Assembly: GCA_964057225.1 (NCBI GenBank)
Contig: CAXKVF010000077.1
Coordinates: 310,001-374,000, forward strand
Source of the DNA: Auanema rhodensis
Taxonomy: Eukaryota; Animalia; Nematoda
DNA length: 64,000 nucleotides
Direction of reading: 5' to 3'
The notes beneath the pieces were generated by a model. It made no database searches. It saw only the letters and a list, made by a program, of their open reading frames with translations, and was not told the origin of the DNA. Of the stretch, positions 57,191 through 64,000 are shown piece after piece. Each line of letters begins with the position of its first letter. Position 1 is the first letter of the stretch. A program made the translations under genes and the position numbers.

Positions 57191-60100
57191 CATTTAATTA
57201 GCATAAATTAAAGTTCACGTAAATTTCAAAGTCATGGTTGCCATGAACCAATATCAATAAAAATTTGTTTTTAGACTAATATGGACATGGGGAATCTAAT
57301 TTTGAAAACCGCATCTCTTTATCTTTCACGTGAAGCGAGTTACATACCAAGTGCACATCACGTGTATATTTAATTAGCATAAATTAAAGTTCACGTAAAT
57401 TTCAAAGTCATGGTTACCATGCACCAATATCAATAAAAATTTGTTTTTAGACTAATATGGACATGGGGAATCTAATTTTGAAAACCGCATCTCTTTATCT
57501 TTCACGTGAAGCGAGTTACATACCAAGTGCACATCACGTGTACATTTAATTAGCATAAATTAAAGTTCACGTAAATTTCAAAGTCATGGTTACCATGCAC
57601 CAATGTCAATAAAAATTTGTTTTTAGACTAATATGGACATGGGGAATCTAATTTTGAAAACCGCATCTCTTTATCTTTCACGTGAAGCGAGTTACATACC
57701 AAGTGCACATCACGTGTACATTTAATTAGCATAAATTAAAGTTCACGTAAATTTCAAAGTCATGGTTACCATGCACCAATGTCAATAAAAATTTGTTTTT
57801 AGACTAATATGGACATGGGGAATCTAATTTTGAAAACCGCATCTCTTTATCTTTCACGTGAAGCGAGTTACATACCAAGTGCACATCACGTGTACATTTA
57901 ATTAGCATAAATTAAAGTTCACGTAAATTTCAAAGTCATGGTTGCCATGAACCAAAATCAATAAAAATTTGTTTTTAGACTAATATGGACATGGGGAATC
58001 TAATTTTGAAAACCGCATCTCTTTATCTTTCACGTGAAGCGAGTTACATACCAAGTGCACATCACGTGTACATTTAATTAGCATAAATTAAAGTTCACGT
58101 AAATTTCAAAGTCATGGTTACCATGAACCAATATCAATGAAAATTTGTTTTTAGACTAATATGGACATGGGGAATCTAATTTTGAAAACCGCATCTCTTT
58201 ATCTTTCACGTGAAGCGAGTTACATACCAAGTGCACATCACGTGTACATTTAATTAGCATAAATTAAAGTTCACGTAAATTTCAAAGTCATGGTTACCAT
58301 GAACCAATATCAATAAAAATTTGTTTTTAGACTAATATGGACATGGGGAATCTAATTTTGAAAACCGCATCTCTTTATCTTTCACGTGAAGCGAGTTACA
58401 TACCAAGTGCCCATCACGTGTACATTTAATTAGCATAAATTAAAGTTCACGTAAATTTCAAAGTCATGGTTACCATGCACCAATATCAATAAAAATTTGT
58501 TTTTAGACTAATATGGACATGGGGAATCTAATTTTGAAAACCGCATCTCCTTATCTTTCACTTGAAGCGAGTTACATACCAAGTGCACATCACGTGTACA
58601 TTTAATTAGCATAAATTAAAGTTCACGTAAATTTCAAAGTCATGGTTACCATGCACCAATATCAATAAAAATTTGTTTTTAGACTAATATGGACATGGGG
58701 AATCTAATTTTGAAAACCGCATCTCTTCATCTTTCACGTGAAGCGAGTTACATACCAAGTGCACATCACGTGTACATTTAATTAGCATAAATTAAAGTTC
58801 ACGTAAATTTCAAAGTCATGGTTACCATGCACCAATGTCAATAAAAATTTGTTTTTAGACTAATATGGACATGGGGAATCTAATTTTGAAAACCGCATCT
58901 CTTCATCTTTCACGTGAAGCGAGTTACATACCAAGTGCACATCACGTGTACATTTAATTAGCATAAATTAAAGTTCACGTAAATTTCAAAGTCATGGTTA
59001 CCATGCACCAATATCAATAAAAATTTGTTTTTAGACTAATATGGACATGGGGAATCTAATTTTGAAAACCGCATCTCTTCATCTTTCACGTGAAGCGAGT
59101 TACATACCAAGTGCACATCACGTGTACATTTAATTAGCATAAATTAAAGTTCACGTAAATTTCAAAGTCATGGTTACCATGCACCAATATCAATAAAAAT
59201 TTGTTTTTAGACTAATATGGACATGGGGAATCTAATTTTGAAAACCGCATCTCTTCATCTTTCACGTGAAGCGAGTTACATACCAAGTGCACATCACGTG
59301 TACATTTAATTAGCATAAATTAAAGTTCACGTAAATTTCAAAGTCATGGTTACCATGCACCAATATCAATAAAAATTTGTTTTTAGACTAATATGGACAT
59401 GGGGAATCTAATTTTGAAAACCGCATCTCTTCATCTTTCACGTGAAGCGAGTTACATACCAAGTGCACATCACGTGTACATTTAATTAGCATAAATTAAA
59501 GTTCACGTAAATTTCAAAGTCATGGTTACCATGCACCAATATCAATAAAAATTTGTTTTTAGACTAATATGGACATGGGGAATCTAATTTTGAAAACCGC
59601 ATCTCTTCATCTTTCACGTGAAGCGAGTTACATACCAAGTGCACATCACGTGTACATTTAATTAGCATAAATTAAAGTTCACGTAAATTTCAAAGTCATG
59701 GTTACCATGCACCAATATCAATAAAAATTTGTTTTTAGACTAATATGGACATGGGGAATCTAATTTTGAAAACCGCATCTCTTCATCTTTCACGTGAAGC
59801 GAGTTACATACCAAGTGCACATCACGTGTACATTTAATTAGCATAAATTAAAGTTCACGTAAATTTCAAAGTCATGGTTACCATGCACCAATATCAATAA
59901 AAATTTGTTTTTAGACTAATATGGACATGGGGAATCTAATTTTGAAAACCGCATCTCTCTATCTTTCACGTGAAGCGAGTTACATACCAAGTGCACATCA
60001 CGTGTACATTTAATTAGCATAAATTAAAGTTCACGTAAATTTCAAAGTCATGGTTACCATGAACCAATATCAATAAAAATTTGTTTTTAGACTAATATGG

Positions 60101-63100
60101 ACATGGGGAATCTAATTTTGAAAACCGCATCTCTTCATCTTTCACGTGAAGCGAGTTACATACCAAGTGCACATCACGTGTACATTTAATTAGCATAAAT
60201 TAAAGTTCACGTAAATTTCAAAGTCATGGTTACCATGCACCAATATCAATAACAATTTGTTTTTAGACTAATATGGACATGGGGAATCTAATTTTGAAAA
60301 CCGCATCTCTCTATCTTTCACGTGAAGCGAGTTACATACCAAGTGCACATCACGTGTACATTTAATTAGCATAAATTAAAGTTCACGTAAATTTCAAAGT
60401 CATGGTTACCATGCACCAATGTCAATAAAAATTTGTTGTTAGACTAATATGGACATGGGGAATCTAATTTTGAAAACCGCATCTCTTCATCTTTCACGTG
60501 AAGCGAGTTACATACCAAGTGCACATCACGTGTACATTTAATTAGCATAAATTAAAGTTCACGTAAATTTCAAAGTCATGGTTACCATGCACCAATATCA
60601 ATAAAAATTTGTTTTTAGACTAATATGGACATGGGGAATCTAATTTTGAAAACCGCATCTCTTTATCTTTCACGTAAAGCGAGTTACATACCAAGTGCAC
60701 ATCACGTGTACATTTAATTAGCATAAATTAAAGTTCACGTAAATTTCAAAGTCATGGTTACCATGAACCAATATCAATAAAAATTTGTTTTTAGACTAAT
60801 ATGGACATGGGGAATCTAATTTTGAAAACCGCATCTCTTTATCTTTCACGTGAAGCGAGTTACATACCAAGTGCACATCACGTGTACATTTAATTAGCAT
60901 AAATTAAAGTTCACGTAAATTTCAAAGTCATGGTTACCATGCACCAATATCAATAAAAATTTGTTTTTAGACTAATATGGACATGGGGAATCTAATTTTG
61001 AAAACCGCATCTCTTTATCTTTCACGTAAAGCGAGTTACATACCAAGTGCACATCACGTGTACATTTAATTAGCATAAATTAAAGTTCACGTAAATTTCA
61101 AAGTCATGGTTACCATGAACCAATATCAATAAAAATTTGTTTTTAGACTAATATGGACATGGGGAATCTAATTTTGAAAACCGCATCTCTTTATCTTTCA
61201 CGTGAAGCGAGTTACATACCAAGTGCACATCACGTGTACATTTAATTAGCATAAATTAAAGTTCACGTAAATTTCAAAGTCATGGTTGCCATGAACCAAT
61301 ATCAATAAAAATTTGTTTTTAGACTAATATGGACATGGGGAATCTAATTTTGAAAACCGCATCTCTTTATCTTTCACGTGAAGCGAGTTACATATCAAGT
61401 GCACATCACGTGTACATTTAATTAGCATAAATTAAAGTTCACGTAAATTTCAAAGTCATGGTTACCATGCACCAATATCAATAAAAATTTGTTTTTAGAC
61501 TAATATGGACATGGGGAATCTAATTTTGAAAACCGCATCTCTTTATCTTTCACGTGAAGCGAGTTACATACCAAGTGCACATCACGTGTACATTTAATTA
61601 GCATAAATTAAAGTTCACGTAAATTTCAAAGTCATGGTTACCATGCACCAATGTCAATAAAAATTTGTTTTTAGACTAATATGGACATGGGGAATCTAAT
61701 TTTGAAAACCGCATCTCTTTATCTTTCACGTGAAGCGAGTTACATACCAAGTGCACATCACGTGTACATTTAATTAGCATAAATTAAAGTTCACGTAAAT
61801 TTCAAAGTCATGGTTACCATGCACCAATGTCAATAAAAATTTGTTTTTAGACTAATATGGACATGGGGAATCTAATTTTGCAAACCGCATCTCTTCATCT
61901 TTCACGTGAAGCGAGTTACATACCAAGTGCACATCACGTGTACATTTAATTAGCATAAATTAAAGTTCACGTAAATTTCAAAGTCATGGTTACCATGCAC
62001 CAATATCAATAAAAATTTGTTTTTAGACTAATATGGACATGGGGAATCTAATTTTGAAAACCGCATCTCTTCATCTTTCACGTGAAGCGAGTTACATACC
62101 AAGTGCACATCACGTGTACATTTAATTAGCATAAATTAAAGTTCACGTAAATTTCAAAGTCATGGTTACCATGCACCAATATCAATAAAAATTTGTTTTT
62201 AGACTAATATGGACATGGGGAATCTAATTTTGAAAACCGCATCTCTCTATCTTTCACGTGAAGCGAGTTACATACCAAGTGCACATCACGTGTACATTTA
62301 ATTAGCATAAATTAAAGTTCACGTAAATTTCAAAGTCATGGTTACCATGAACCAATATCAATAAAAATTTGTTTTTAGACTAATATGGACATGGGGAATC
62401 TAATTTTGAAAACCGCATCTCTTCATCTTTCACGTGAAGCGAGTTACATACCAAGTGCACATCACGTGTACATTTAATTAGCATAAATTAAAGTTCACGT
62501 AAATTTCAAAGTCATGGTTACCATGCACCAATATCAATAACAATTTGTTTTTAGACTAATATGGACATGGGGAATCTAATTTTGAAAACCGCATCTCTCT
62601 ATCTTTCACGTGAAGCGAGTTACATACCAAGTGCACATCACGTGTACATTTAATTAGCATAAATTAAAGTTCACGTAAATTTCAAAGTCATGGTTACCAT
62701 GCACCAATGTCAATAAAAATTTGTTGTTAGACTAATATGGACATGGGGAATCTAATTTTGAAAACCGCATCTCTTCATCTTTCACGTGAAGCGAGTTACA
62801 TACCAAGTGCACATCACGTGTACATTTAATTAGCATAAATTAAAGTTCACGTAAATTTCAAAGTCATGGTTACCATGCACCAATATCAATAAAAATTTGT
62901 TTTTAGACTAATATGGACATGGGGAATCTAATTTTGAAAACCGCATCTCTTTATCTTTCACGTAAAGCGAGTTACATACCAAGTGCACATCACGTGTACA
63001 TTTAATTAGCATAAATTAAAGTTCACGTAAATTTCAAAGTCATGGTTACCATGAACCAATATCAATAAAAATTTGTTTTTAGACTAATATGGACATGGGG

Positions 63101-64000
63101 AATCTAATTTTGAAAACCGCATCTCTTTATCTTTCACGTGAAGCGAGTTACATACCAAGTGCACATCACGTGTACATTTAATTAGCATAAATTAAAGTTC
63201 ACGTAAATTTCAAAGTCATGGTTGCCATGAACCAATATCAATAAAAATTTGTTTTTAGACTAATATGGACATGGGGAATCTAATTTTGAAAACCGCATCT
63301 CTTTATCTTTCACGTGAAGCGAGTTACATATCAAGTGCACATCACGTGTACATTTAATTAGCATAAATTAAAGTTCACGTAAATTTCAAAGTCATGGTTA
63401 CCATGCACCAATATCAATAAAAATTTGTTTTTAGACTAATATGGACATGGGGAATCTAATTTTGAAAACCGCATCTCTTTATCTTTCACGTGAAGCGAGT
63501 TACATACCAAGTGCACATCACGTGTACATTTAATTAGCATAAATTAAAGTTCACGTAAATTTCAAAGTCATGGTTACCATGCACCAATGTCAATAAAAAT
63601 TTGTTTTTAGACTAATATGGACATGGGGAATCTAATTTTGAAAACCGCATCTCTTTATCTTTCACGTGAAGCGAGTTACATACCAAGTGCACATCACGTG
63701 TACATTTAATTAGCATAAATTAAAGTTCACGTAAATTTCAAAGTCATGGTTACCATGCACCAATGTCAATAAAAATTTGTTTTTAGACTAATATGGACAT
63801 GGGGAATCTAATTTTGCAAACCGCATCTCTTCATCTTTCACGTGAAGCGAGTTACATACCAAGTGCACATCACGTGTACATTTAATTAGCATAAATTAAA
63901 GTTCACGTAAATTTCAAAGTCATGGTTACCATGCACCAATATCAATAAAAATTTGTTTTTAGACTAATATGGACATGGGGAATCTAATTTTGAAAACCGC
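57191..64000. repeat. HOR domain F: A56C/T130C/A63G-rich domain with a 13/11-monomer repeat
   Basis: 59655-61942 (13 monomers) recurs as 61943-63878 (11 monomers). Markers G142A, T129C, A71C, A50G+C157T, A115C. Confidence 0.85.

Larger units (their letters stand above)
1..64000. repeat. Tandem satellite DNA array, 176-bp monomer, ~363.7 copies, single orientation; probable (peri)centromeric or subtelomeric satellite of a eukaryote
   Basis: CATTTAATTAGCATAAATTAAAG recurs at 1, 177, 353, 529, 705, 881 ... 63879. The period is 176 throughout, apart from ten 175-bp monomers. The array runs off both ends of the window. Chromosomal role is inferred from size and homogeneity only. Confidence 0.99.

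Noticed and set aside
1-64000. CRISPR array or other repeat-spacer system
   Set aside because: There are no unique spacers: the entire 176 bp is repeated, and no cas or other genes are present.
1-64000. Protein-coding tandem repeat or small ORFs
   Set aside because: 176 is not a multiple of 3. Plus-strand stops at 5 (TAA), 9 (TAG) and 19 (TAA) cover all three frames, and TTA at 4, 8 and 18 closes all three minus frames in each consensus monomer.
1-64000. Variant pattern as an encoded message or programmed diversification system
   Set aside because: The marker order is adequately explained by nested tandem duplication, unequal exchange and conversion. No enzyme gene or template region is present.
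1-64000. Whole array as a collapsed or artefactual assembly
   Set aside because: Region-specific, hierarchically shared variants are consistent with real array evolution, although individual perfect duplications still need read support.

Overview
The whole 64,000-bp window is one uninterrupted head-to-tail tandem satellite array with a 176-bp, ~32% GC monomer. It holds 363 complete monomers plus a 122-bp partial copy starting at 63879 (363x176 minus ten 1-bp deletions = 63878). I saw no genes, RNA genes, transposon insertions, inversions or unique sequence, and every consensus monomer has stop codons in all six frames within positions 4-21. Most copies differ from the consensus by 0-4 substitutions. 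The nucleosome-scale unit, high homogeneity and size suggest a eukaryotic centromeric, pericentromeric or subtelomeric satellite. I cannot name the organism or family. Two levels of structure are informative. (1) The monomer is packed with dyad symmetries and carries three TCACGT (E-box/CDEI-like) cores spaced 32-33 bp apart. (2) Reading variants monomer by monomer (M1-M364; positions are relative to the monomer start CATTTAATTAGC) shows successive local higher-order-repeat (HOR) domains: a nested 4/8/16-mer on the left, a 9-mer in the middle, 3/11/19-mers and an 11/13-mer on the right. There are also mappable chimeric junction monomers and blocks copied 14-20 kb away. No protein-coding novel system is supported. 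Variants were read by eye and need confirmation by alignment.
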